Source: Anaeramoeba ignava BMAN (taxonomy: Eukaryota; Protista; Anaeramoebae). From it: a DNA stretch of 64,000 nt. The stretch lies in the NCBI GenBank assembly GCA_028826165.1, contig JAPDFW010000070.1:310001-374000 (forward strand), read 5' to 3'. Shown here piece by piece: positions 14,467 to 26,603 of the stretch (position 1 is the stretch's first letter; every line of letters starts with the position of its first letter). Under the pieces are notes generated by a model. That model was not told the DNA's origin and did no database searches. It was given only the letters and a program-made list of their open reading frames with translations. Both the position numbers and the translations under genes were made by a program.

Positions 14467-14874
14467 AAATCTAAAATTAAAATTAAAATTAAAATTAAAA
14501 TTAAAATTAAAATTAAAATTAAAATTAAAATTAAAATTAAAATTAAAATTAAAATTAAAATTAAAATCAAAATTAAAATTAAAATTAAAATTAAAATTAA
14601 AATTAAAATTAAAATCAAAATTAAAATTAAAATTAAAATTAAAATTAAAATTAAAATTAAAATTAAAATTAAAATTAAAAATTAAAATTAAAATTAAAAT
14701 TAAAATTAAAATTAAAATTAAAATTAAAATTAAAATTAAAATTAAAATTAAAATTAAAATTAAAATTAAAATTAAAATTAAAATTAAAATTAAAATCAAA
14801 ATTAAAATTAAAATTAAAATTAAAATTAAAATTAAAAATCCAAAAATCATTTTTTCATTTTTTTCTTTTTAAAA

Positions 14875-16590
14875 ATGAATGAAATTTTATTTTTTGGAAG
14901 AAATGAATTTCATTTAATTATCGAAAATAAAGAAGAAAAAATAATAAAACCAATTCAATTTAAATTTGAAAATGAAAATGAAAATAAAAAACAAATTAAA
15001 CAAATTGCAGTTTGTCAATTTTCAATACTTTTCCTTTTTGAAAATGGAAAAGCAATAGAATACCAAAAAAATTCAAAACAAAATCCTCAAAAATCGAAAT
15101 TGAAAATATTCAAAAAATATTTACAAGTGGTTATCAAAATGAAGCTATTTTAACAAAAGAAGGAAATGCATTTACAAAAGGGAAAGATATTAATCCAAAA
15201 AATCCAAATGAATTTATCAATATTTCATCATTAATTGAAGATACAAATGATAGAATAATTGAAGATGTTGTTTCTGGAAAAGATACAGTTTACTTATTAA
15301 CTTCAAATCAAAATGTTTATGGAATTGGTTCAAATTATGCTTGTCAACTTGGTTTAGATTCTGAAACACTTAAAAGAACAGAAAAACCAATTTTAATGAT
15401 GAAAAATGTTTCTAAAATATTTTCAGGAAATTCTTCTGAATATGTTTTTCTTTTAAATTCAAATCAAGAATTATTTGGATGTGGTTCTAATCAATTTGGT
15501 CAACTTGGATTAGGAAAATTAATCAACGAAAAAATCCAAAAATTAACCAAAATCCAAAATATTCCAAAAGGCAAAATAATTGATATTCAATGTGCATGGT
15601 CAACTTCAATAATGTTGATTGAAAATGAAAATGAAGATGAAAATCCAAAAAGAAAACTTTATTCATGTGGAAATTATCGATATAATGGACTTGGCAAAGA
15701 TGAAGATACAAATGAATTTACTGAAATCAAATCATCTTTATTTGAAAATGATAATATTCTTGAGATTTCATCTGGAAATGTTCATACTTTGATTTTAACC
15801 TCCAATTCAAAATTATTAGGTTTTGGTCATCAATATTCTCCAATTCAAATTAAACTTCCTAAATTAAGATTTAATGAAGATATTTTCAATTATCATATTT
15901 CTTGTGGAGCTTGGAGTTCATTTCTTTATTATTCTCCTTCTTTTTCTAATCTTGAAGAAGATTTGATAAAATTATTTAGAAGAAAAGAATTTTGTGATAT
16001 TTCATTTAAAACCAAAAATGGAGAAATAATTGAAGCTCATAAATTAATATTGAAATATAGATTAAATCAAAATCAAAATGAAATTGAAAAACTTCAAGAA
16101 ATTATTTCAAAAAAATCAATTAAAGAATCAAATCAAATATTTGAAATGATTTATTCAAACAGAATAATAAATCCAAAATTATATTCTGAAATTAAAGAAA
16201 TTATAAATTCAAATGAAAAAATTGAAGAAACAATGAAAAGAATTTATTTAAATGAAAATGAAAATGAAAAAGATTTTATAATTGAAAGAAAAGAAAAACA
16301 ATATAAATTTCCCTAAATTAATATTAATAATGAGAAGTGAATTATATCGAGGAATGTTTTTATCTGTAACAAATGATACTTCTAATAAAGTTACAGATTA
16401 TAGTGAATTAAGTAATAAATCATTTCAAATATTTGAATATTGGATTTATTCAAATCAAATTAAAGATGAAATTCAAATTACACAAGAAATAATTGATGAA
16501 ATTGAAATTGGAATTGATTATTTTCAATTAAATCAAACAAATCCAAATTTATTTGATTTATTAATTAACAAATTTAATAATCAAAATTAA
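14875..16590 (+). CDS. RCC1-BTB-BTB copy 5 (-1 at ~15090, in-frame deletion ~15830, +1 at ~16311)
   Basis: Most similar to copy 1 at the N-terminus; same near-invariant BTB half. Confidence 0.8.
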
Positions 16591-16718
16591 AATCAAAATT
16601 AAAAAATGGTTTATTTTATTATCCTTTTGAAAGATGAAATGAACTTTAAATAAAAAAAGAAAAGTCGATATTGATATTCTATTTTTTTGTGAATGCTTTT
16701 TTTTCTAAAAAAATGTTG

Positions 16719-19427
16719 TTAATTTGTCACAAACAAATATAAAGAAATTTCATCACTTGCTAAACTTTTTCCACAAATTAAACCCAACTTTATCTCAGCA
16801 ATATCTTTCGATAAGTATTGTCGACAAATTGATATTTGCTTGTAAATTTCTTGTTTGTTTCTTGAGATGGAAACGAAATCATGATGCTTAATTTGATAGT
16901 AATTTTCAGATTCATCAGGAAAAGAAACACGAACCTTGAATTTTTGTTTGGAATAAATGGAATTTTTTAATAAAATATGAATTGGGAAATAAACATTAAT
17001 TTGATTTGAAATCTGCAAAGGCTTTTCTGGAGATGATTTAATAAACTGATTCTGGATAATCGAGGACGAAATTTCCTTGAGAGAAAGATCTTTATTAATT
17101 GGAATGGAAATCCACAAGTGATTGAAAACTATATCTGAATTTAGAATGGATTTTTTTTGGGAATCTTGATAAGCTTGAAGAAAAAATTGAGGAACTTCAA
17201 GATGGAAATTTTGGAACAAAGAAATGGTTTTTTGGAATGATTTTTGCACTTTGGAAATTTTGTCTGTTTTTTGCTCTTTTGTTTCAAATAAAGCCTCAAT
17301 AAGTTTTGAATGAGTGATGAAAATGTAAATCCAACAAAAAGAAAGAGAATCAAACCCAACAAACAAATCTCGGATTTGATACATGGTTGTCTTCATCTCA
17401 GTAACAGATTCCATTTGGAGTGATTTTGTTGAACCTTCGGATTGAATCTTGATGAAAAGATGAATATATCGGATCAAGTTTTTCATGTATTTGAAGTTCG
17501 TTAACAATCGGCTTTTTGAATGATGAAGAAGAATTTGCTCATTGAATGACTCAATGTAATTTGCAAATTTCAAAATGGAATCATCCTGATTTGCAAAGGG
17601 TTGATGATCAAGTGTGTTGCGTGTTCTTGGTTTTGAGAGATATTCAACCAGCTTTGGGATCGAGCTTTCCAGAAGAGAAAGCGCAAAGTTCTCGTTTTGG
17701 AATTGTTCGGAATCGTAATTCATGAGAAAATATGATTTCTCAAGTTTGGATAAAGAGAAATTAACAAAATCATGATCACTTTGCATTTGCAGTTGTATTT
17801 TTGGATTGGAATTTTGCGAGATGTTATTTGCGCCTAGATCCTGAGCAAAATATTCAGGATATTTATCCTTGAGAAACGAGTAATGGCGGAATATATATTC
17901 AGGAAGAAGTTGGAGAATTTTTGAGTTCATTGAAGCGGCATTGAGAACCAAAACAAGCAAAGAAACATAAAATATATCATCGGGATTGGGTTCATGAACC
18001 ATAAATTCCACATCGAGCTTGAGCAATTCCTTTGTCAATAATTCAGTGAAAGTGGAGTTTTTCTTGCCAATCAACGACAAACATTTGAGAATATGATTCA
18101 AATCGTCTGGATATTTTTCAAGTGATGTGAGAATTTTGCGCACAAGAATAAGAAGACAATCCACAGTTGAAAGATTTACGGAAAAAAGAAGAATTCTGAT
18201 GTGTTTGCGAATGGAAGGCGAAATATCCTCCAATCCCGGAAGAAGATTATCCAAGTGCGCAAGCGACAACTTGATTCCATTTTGACTAATTTTTGTGAGA
18301 CTGTTAATTGCCGCCATTCTGACAGAATCAGATCCGTCAGAAACCATATAAACTAGATGGTCAATCGCGTGATTTGCAACGTCCTTAGATAGTAAACTCA
18401 ATTCACAAGTGGAGTTAATTGCGGCTAGTCTCACTTCCCGATTTTCGTCTTCCAACCCATAAATCAATGCACCTTGATGCATTTTTTGATCTTGCTCTTT
18501 TTTCTGTCTGTCTCCAGTATTTGTTGACGAGCTAAGAACTACGCTTTTTTTCTGAAGAACTTGCAGATGTGGTTTATGTGTGAAAACTGGTATGCTTGGC
18601 AACACAAGACACGAAAATTTTCTCACTTCTGGTGAGATTGAAAATATTTGCATTGCAACTTGTTCAAAACATTCCTCAACAAATTTCGGGTATGCATTGC
18701 GCAAATTCGCCAAAACAACAATCAATTTGATTCCCGATATTTTCACCGGTTCATATCCATCCAAAATAGACCCGAATGCTGGCTCCTTCAGAAGAACAAG
18801 ATTGAGCTCGATCCTCCGTTTATGAAGAGTTACCAAACATTCGATCGCTGTTTTTCGGACTCGGCAATCCCGATCCGAAATGAAAGAGCTCACAGTTGTT
18901 TGCAGAATGCTTTCTGAATCCTCCTCACAATTCAGACACAAAAGCTCCAATGATTTCCTTCGATAACTTGCTTTCAAACTTGATATCCATTCCATAAAAT
19001 GTTGATTCAATTCATTTCTTTCTTTTTCTTCAATTTTCTTTAAAATTAATATTTTCTTCATCATTGAAAACCAATTCTCAACCAATTTATATTCTTTCAA
19101 CTCCTTCATTTGGAAAATCTTCAAATTTATCATTTCTTTAATTAATTCCTTTGAGCAAATGTGCGGATTTATTAATAGTTCTTCCAAAATTACAAAATAA
19201 GAATTCAATTTTTTCTTTTGAATTTTGTTTTTAATTTCGTTTTTTATAATTGAAATCAAATTTTGAACCATTTTTACAACTTCATTTGGTTTTAATTTTG
19301 TAAAGGATTCATCTATAAATTTATTTGGTAAAGAATAATTAATTTCAAATTCAAATTCAAATTCAAATTCTTTTTTTTCTTTTTCTTTAATTTCAACTGT
19401 TTCTTTTCTTTTTTTATTTCTTGACAT
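16719..19427 (-). CDS. INTS4: Integrator complex subunit 4-like HEAT-repeat protein (SIEL-like)
   Basis: GALIYGLEDENREVRLAAINSTCEL...AIDHLVYMVSDGSDSVRMAAINSLTKIS resembles the INTS4 GAFVHGLEDE..EVR.AA..../LDFLVDMFNDEIEEVRL motif. True ATG at 19427; intronless. Confidence 0.8.
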   Translation of the reverse strand: MSRNKKRKETVEIKEKEKKEFEFEFEFEINYSLPNKFIDESFTKLKPNEVVKMVQNLISIIKNEIKNKIQKKKLNSYFVILEELLINPHICSKELIKEMINLKIFQMKELKEYKLVENWFSMMKKILILKKIEEKERNELNQHFMEWISSLKASYRRKSLELLCLNCEEDSESILQTTVSSFISDRDCRVRKTAIECLVTLHKRRIELNLVLLKEPAFGSILDGYEPVKISGIKLIVVLANLRNAYPKFVEECFEQVAMQIFSISPEVRKFSCLVLPSIPVFTHKPHLQVLQKKSVVLSSSTNTGDRQKKEQDQKMHQGALIYGLEDENREVRLAAINSTCELSLLSKDVANHAIDHLVYMVSDGSDSVRMAAINSLTKISQNGIKLSLAHLDNLLPGLEDISPSIRKHIRILLFSVNLSTVDCLLILVRKILTSLEKYPDDLNHILKCLSLIGKKNSTFTELLTKELLKLDVEFMVHEPNPDDIFYVSLLVLVLNAASMNSKILQLLPEYIFRHYSFLKDKYPEYFAQDLGANNISQNSNPKIQLQMQSDHDFVNFSLSKLEKSYFLMNYDSEQFQNENFALSLLESSIPKLVEYLSKPRTRNTLDHQPFANQDDSILKFANYIESFNEQILLHHSKSRLLTNFKYMKNLIRYIHLFIKIQSEGSTKSLQMESVTEMKTTMYQIRDLFVGFDSLSFCWIYIFITHSKLIEALFETKEQKTDKISKVQKSFQKTISLFQNFHLEVPQFFLQAYQDSQKKSILNSDIVFNHLWISIPINKDLSLKEISSSIIQNQFIKSSPEKPLQISNQINVYFPIHILLKNSIYSKQKFKVRVSFPDESENYYQIKHHDFVSISRNKQEIYKQISICRQYLSKDIAEIKLGLICGKSLASDEISLYLFVTN

Positions 19428-19530
19428 AATTTGAAATGAAAAAAAATGAAAAAAAAAATGAAAAAAATTGATCCACTTTTTAATCAAAAAAAAAAAAGAA
19501 AGGAAAAGAAAAATTTTTTTTTATCATTTT

Positions 19531-22500
19531 TTAAAAAAGAGAAATTTTTCCAAAAGCAAAATCTTTTCCTCCATAATTTGCTAAACATTCAAAAAGAACT
19601 TGATTTCCATGGAATGTTTTAGGAAGATAATACATTAGCAAAGTTAAAGGTTTTGTTCTTGGAATAATAAACTTTCCAACTAATTTTTGAGTAACTTGTT
19701 TTCTTCTATGAGATTTTCTAATTGAATTTAGAATTAAAGTTTTGATTTGAGAAATATATCCTTCTTCAGAATGAGCAATTGAGATGATGAATCCTTGAAT
19801 TTTTTTTGTTTTTGCTTTGATATATAAGCATTTTCTTTCAGGAACATATCTGTACTCTAAATTTTTGAGAATATTTACATTTGTCATTCTAACTAAATCT
19901 TGTTGAGTTTGAATTTGTAAATTTGTTGATTCGAAAGGTGTTTCTTTTATTGGGTTTCCATAAGCACAAATTTGTTCCAAATGAAATGTTGATTGATTTT
20001 GATTTATTTCCAAAGTATTTTCATTTTTTGATTTTTCTTTTTCTTTTTCTTTTTCAAGAACTAATGAAATTATTCGACATTCAATTTTATTTTTGAATTT
20101 AAAGTTAATTATTGATTTTGGAGGAATAATTTTTTTTGAATTATTTTCTAAATTATTTTCCAAATTATTTTCTGAATTATTTTCTAAATTATTTTCTAAA
20201 TTATTTTCTAAATTATTTTCTAAATTATTTTCTAAATTATTTTCTAAATTATTTTCTAAATTATTTTCTAAATTATTTTCTAAATTATTTTCTAATCCTT
20301 TTGATTCTTCAATAGAAACCACAAAATCATCACAATTTTGATCATTTAAATTTTGTAAATGGCATTTTGCAATAATAGATAAATTTGGAATAACAAATCC
20401 TGCAAGAATTTTAATTTTAGGAATATCATTTTTAGTATATCCAAGTTTATCAACATGAATGCAAATATTTTCCAATTGAATTTGACAACGTAAAGCAATT
20501 AAAATTTTCACAGAAGAATGACCAACTGGAGATTGCCAAAATTCTAAAGAATTTCCAATTAAAGGTCGTGGAAGAAGTAAATATTCAACAGGTGCTGAGT
20601 TTTCATTTGTTGGAACACTTTCCAAAATTCCTGCATAAGGATATTCTGCTGCATTAATAATTTCATTTTCTTCTTCAATATTTGAAAATTGATTCCATTT
20701 TGATTTAAGTGCAATTTTAGTTAAATTGAAAATTGTTTCTGATTGATTTATAATTTTTTCGTTTCTTTTCTCATTCATTTTTTTGATAAGAATTTTAATT
20801 TTTTGGATTATATCTTCTTGTTCTTTAATTATTTGTGCACATGAAACACAAACAGGAACTTTGTCATTCCACATATATTCTCTTATCTATAAAATTTTTT
20901 ACAAATTTTAGAATCAAATATTAAAGAAAAAAACAATTTTGTTTTTTGTTTTTTGTTTTTGTTTTTGTAAATAAAATAGATACTTGAATTGGTTCTGGAT
21001 TCATGCATTTAGAACAAAAAGTTTTGAAGCAATATAAACAATTTGATTGTTGTCCATCAAGTGGTGCTCCACATTTTGGATTCATACAATTTTGGATTTT
21101 TTGTTGATTTCTCAAGAAATCTTATTAAAATTAAAATTAAAATTAAAATTAAAATTAAAATTAAAATTAAAATTAAAATTAAAATTAAAATTAAAATTAA
21201 ATTTTAAATTAAAAATAAATTTGATAAATTACTTCCAGTAGCTTTTTTATCTCTGAAAAAAATAAAACTATTTGGATTAAAAACTTGTAATCTATGCTTA
21301 AGATTTGTAAGAATTAAATCTCTTTCTTCTGTTAAAAGTCCTAATCTAATTCTTTTTTCTTCTAGTTTCAAGACATCCAAAAATAGGAATTTATTTCTTT
21401 TTTTTTTTGTTTTTGAATATAATTTTTTAACTTCGCTTTCATATTTTTCTAAATCATTTTTTTTCAAATCAGATTGTTTTTGATTTTGATTTTTGATTTT
21501 GATTTTCATTTTGATTTTGATTTTGATTTTGATTTTGATTTTGATTTTGATTTGATTTTGATTTTGATTTTGATTTTGATTTTGATTTTCATTTTGATTT
21601 TCATTTTGATTTTCAATTCTATTTTGATTTTGATTTTGATTTTGATTTTGATTTTGATTTTCAATTTCAATTCTATTTTCAATTTTGATTTGATTTTGAT
21701 TTTGATTTTGATTTTGATTTTGATTTTGATTTTCGATATTTTGCCGAATATTATCAAGTTCTGATGTTGAACTACTTAAACTATCGAATAAAGAATCATT
21801 ACTATCATCATCATCTTCATCATAAATATTCATATTTAGACTTGAATTCCAAAATTGATCGTTTTGACTAATAAAACCATATTGTTCAAAATCATCTATA
21901 AGTTTTTGTTCCTTTTCTTTAAGAATTGAATATTCTTCTGTTTCATTTATATTATTTTCATTATTTTCATTTTTTATATTTTCATTTTTTATATTTTCAT
22001 TTTCTTTATTATCTTGATTTGATTTCTCAATTTGTTTTGAATCTCCACAATTCATGAAATTTTCTAATCTTTCTGAAAATATTTTTGGAATTTTCCCATA
22101 AACATCAACTTTTCCTAAACACATTTGATTTGAATCAATTGATTCATCTAAATGGAAAATGATAAGTACAACTCTCGATAAAAGATCCAAAGAGAAATTT
22201 GAATCTTCAAAATCATAAATCAATCCTGAAACATCTTCATTTTGCACTAAATTGAAATGTAATTGTGTTCCATCAGCACATATTGGAAGCATTACTTGAT
22301 TGAATACTTTGACCATATTGTCCATATAACTTCCAATAAAAATATCAATAAAAGAGGGTGAAATTGCATTTTCAAAATCATTTCGAATTGTAAGACAAAT
22401 TTCTGTAATATAAGAAGGTTGAGGAAGATAAACATAAAGCTATTTCAAAAAAAAATATTTGTATAAAAATATAAATATAAAAATAAGAATATAAGAATAT

Positions 22501-24943
22501 AAAAATAAATCTACTTCTGTAATGGGAAGATTTAAAGGACATATCCATTTTATAGAAGTATTCCTGATTAAACATTCTGGTTGAATTTCTGTGTTATTAT
22601 TGAAATAAACTTTTTCATAATTGATATATTTTGGACAGAAAGTTGAAAAACCTGAAAGATGACTTAAATCAACTTGATTAAGAATCAAATTCTTTTCAAT
22701 TCCAACAAATAACTTAAAAGTTTTTTGGCGTGATTCGTCGAAATGAACGTTCTGCAGTCTGCGTTTAACAACAATCATTTTGTTATTTGGAGCTGGAGAG
22801 AATTCTGTGGAATATTCTCTCATAATACTTGTGTGCATTGCAAGTGAATTTGTATAAAGAAATGAAGTCACATCTCCGTTAATAATGAAAAATTTTGCTA
22901 ACGTTTTTAAAATTCGAGGATCTAAATAACTTCTTAACTCATCATATTCACAATTCAAAAATTGCCAATATTCCTTTACAGATTTAGGTTTTTTGACAAT
23001 TCCAATCTGGAGTCTAAAACACATTTCTGCAATAACTTGATGATAAACAACTAAAATATAAATAATAATTGTTTTTTGTTTTTTGTTTTTTGTTTTAGAA
23101 AATTCCGGATTGTTTTAAAAGAAAAAATATACAAAATGTTGCAACATTTGTTCTATCAAGAGAATCAGCACAATTAAATCGAGTGATTCCATTTTGTTTG
23201 GATGTTATTTTGGACAAACCGTATGAACCATTTGGACAAATAATAACTTGTGTATTATTTTCAAACATATTTTTTGCCTTTTGAGTATCTTTTGTAAAAG
23301 TAATTAGACCATCATTCAAATCTTGATTCATAATTGTAGATTCAAGACTCAACCAAAGACCTTTGACAGCCTTTTCTTTTCCCAATTTTCTTAAATTGGA
23401 ATTCCAATCCAAATTTAATAATTTCAAATCAATATCTAATATTGATTTGACATGTTTTATAGACTCATGAAATGATTCTGTTAGAATTGTTTCATAATGA
23501 GATGGAACGCATTTGAGCATATTAAAGCATGTTATTCTATGCTCTCCAAATCGCTTTAATAATCTTAAGTAATATTGATCTGAACAATGATATGGATCTG
23601 GTTTGATTACAAATTCAGGTCCAGAAACCTGTGTTTTTAAATGTGTTGCCCATCTAATTGGAACAGTTCCTTTATAAATATTTTTAAAAATATTTTTATT
23701 TACATTTTTTATACATATATTTTTATTTATATTTTTATTTTACCTCTTCTACAAAAATGAGAAAACCATTGAATTGAATTATCCGAAAATTCAATCCAAG
23801 AAGCTAATTCACATTCAATTTCATTTCCTGGTTCTGTAATATTTTAAATTTTAAATTTTAAATATTTTAAATATTTTAAATATTTTATATATTTATTTTA
23901 ACCTCCAAGATCATTTAATCCTCGAGCATGATATCTTGTTCCAGGATTTAAATTTGTTTTCCTTGTAAGAAACATCATATAAAAAGGTTTTGATAAATCA
24001 ATTTTTTTTGAATTTGCAATTCCTTGTAACATTACAATACACCATTTTCCAAGTCCAACATTTTCAAATAATTTTCTCCATTGAATATTCCAACAAAATT
24101 CAGGATTATAACTTTTTAATTTTTAATTTTTTAATTTTCAATTTTTCAATTTTTCAATTTTTGGATTTTGATTTTATACATTTCTACATCAGATGAAAAA
24201 GGGAAAAATGAAGTCAAATTTAATGTTTCAGAATAAAAATGTACACTTTCCAAAGGAAATTTAAGAATTTTTTCATAATTTGTTTCATCTCTAAATATAT
24301 ATAAATAAATATATATAAATATATAAATAAATATAAATAAATTTTTTTAATTGAATTTAATATCAACTTTTTAGGAGGAAATGAATATTCAAGATTAATT
24401 TGAACCCATTTTGCTTCTGAAATTGTATTAATTGAATGATTTCCAAAAAGTTGTGCAGTTTTTTCAAACTAAATTTAAATCACAAAGAAAATGTATTTTA
24501 ATTTTCTTTTCGTTCTTTTTTTTTTGTTTCAAATTTACTTTTGTAATTAATATAATATATCCTATTGATCCAAATACTCGATAACCAACTAAATGAGATC
24601 CTATTGTTTTCTTTTTAATTTTTAATCCATTTTGTTCAAGAAATTCTAAAGCTTCATTTTCAGTTTTAAAAACATCAATTCCTGGAATAGAAAAAAACTT
24701 TAAATATCCGGTTTTTGATTCTATTGTGATTAATTGGGTATCTTTTCTGTTGCAAAGTGAAGAAATTATAAACTTTTTTTTTTTGTAAATTTGAATCATT
24801 TATTTATAAAAGTTTTTAATTTAAAATTGCTTTATTTTATTTTATTTTGTTACAAATTTGTTATCTGTAGTTTCTACAACGATATGTTTAGTTTCTCTTG
24901 ATGCTAAAAAGGAATGAACAAATTGTTTTGGCTTTTCAACCAT
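19531..24943 (-). CDS. SAC9: SAC9-like phosphoinositide phosphatase with FYVE-like Zn finger, 11 exons
   Basis: Spliced manually through 10 GT-AG introns. N-terminus resembles plant SAC9 (RETKHIVV..IISSL..KDTQLITI). Motifs PGTRYHARG, GNEIECE, RRGTVPIRW and catalytic RFNCADSLDRTN. Cys cluster CLYCFKTFCSKC...VCVSC. Confidence 0.88.
20143..20295 (-). repeat. Coding 12-bp repeat (LENN)n in SAC9
   Basis: About 13 tandem TTAGAAAATAAT units. Confidence 0.9.
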
Positions 24944-25034
24944 TATTTAAAGAGAAAAAAAAAATGAATTTTAAAAAAGTGAAAAAAAGTGAAAAAAAAA
25001 GCAAAAAAAAAATATTTTTCATTTTGAAAGAAAT

Positions 25035-26470
25035 TTTTTGGATTATTTTTTATTAAGAAGAATTAAATAATTTAATTTAATTTAATTAATTCATAACAAT
25101 TTAATTTAATTTAATTAAATTTTTTGGATTATTTTTTATTAAGAAGAATTAAATAATTTTCTTTAATTAATTCATAATAATCTAATTTAATTTTTTGAAA
25201 ATGAAAATAAAATAATCTTTAATTAAATTTTTGGATTATTTTTTTATTAAGAAGAATTAAATAATTTTCTTAATTAATTTATAATAATCTAATTTAATTT
25301 TTGAAAATGAAATAATCTTTAATTAAATTTTTTGGATTATTTTTTATTAAGAAGAATTAAATAATTTTCTTTAATTAATTTATAATAATTTAATTTAATT
25401 TTTGAAAATGAAATAATCTTTAATTAAATTTTTGGATTATTTTTATTAAGAAGAATTAAATAATTTTCTTTAATTAATTTTAATAAATTTTTAATTTTTA
25501 ATTTAAGAAAATTAAAAATGAAATAATCTTTAATTAAATTTTTGGATTATTTTTATTAAGAAGAATTAAATAATTTAATTTAATTAATTTATAATAATTT
25601 AATTTAAATTAAATGAAATAATCTTTAATTAAATTTTTGGATTATTTTTATTAAGAAGAATTAAATAATTTTCTTTAATTAATTCATAATAATTTAATTT
25701 AATTTAATTAAATTTTTGGATTATTTTTATTAAGAAGAATTAAATAATTTTCTTTAATTAATTCATAATAATTTAATTTAATTTAATGAAATAATCTTTA
25801 ATTAAATTTTTTGGATTATTTTTTATTAAGAAGAATTAAATAATTTTCTTTAATTAATTCATAATAATCTAATTTAATTTAATTTAATTTTTGGATTATT
25901 TTTATTAAAAAGAATTAAATAATTTCTTTAATTAATTAATTTAATTTAATTTAATTTTTGGATTATTTTTATTAAAAAGAATTAAATAATTTTCTTTAAT
26001 TAATTTATAATAATTTAATTTAATTTTTTGAAAATGAAAATGAAATAATCTTTAATTAAATTTTTTGGATTATTTTTTATTAAGAAGAATTAAATAATTT
26101 TCTTTCAATTAATTCATAATAATTTAATTTAATGAAAATGAAATAATCTTTAATTAAATTTTTTGGATTATTTTTTATTAAGAAGAATTAAATAATTTTC
26201 TTTAATTAATTTATAATAATCTAATTTAATGAAATAAAATAATCTTTAATTAAATTTTTTGGATTGTTTTTATTAAGAAGAATTAAATAATTTTCTTTAA
26301 ATTAATTCATAATAATTTAATTTAATTAAATAAATTAATCTTTAATTAAATTTTTTGGATTATTTTTTATTAAGAAGAATTAAAATAATTTTCTTTAATT
26401 AATTTATAATAATTTAATTTAATGAAATGAAATAATCTTTAATTAAATTTTTTGGATTGTTTTTTATTAA
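25035..26470. repeat. Minisatellite, 67-110-bp variable unit, ~16 copies
   Basis: TTTTGGATTATTTTTTATTAAGAAGAATTAAATAAT core recurs from ~25041 to ~26454. Confidence 0.92.
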
Positions 26471-26603
26471 AAAGAAAGAAAGAAAAAAAAGAAACGTTAA
26501 TTTAACGGTTTTTTTATTTTTTAATTAACAAAAGTTTTAATTTAAATTTTCCATTTTTAAATTTATTTTTTTTCTTAATTTGATAATAACAAATTATTTT
26601 AAA

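Noticed and set aside
12371-14850. Poly-IL/FN ORFs (12371-12664, 14464-14850; also 38608-38817, 21474-21764)
   Set aside because: Artefactual translations of hexamer microsatellites.
6931-16590. Diversity-generating retroelement as the source of RCC1 loop variation
   Set aside because: No reverse transcriptase or template repeat in the window, and variable codons differ at all three positions rather than only at adenines.
19531-24943. Separate genes or non-canonical introns in the fragmented minus-strand ORFs
   Set aside because: All fragments join into one SAC9 frame through ordinary GT-AG introns.
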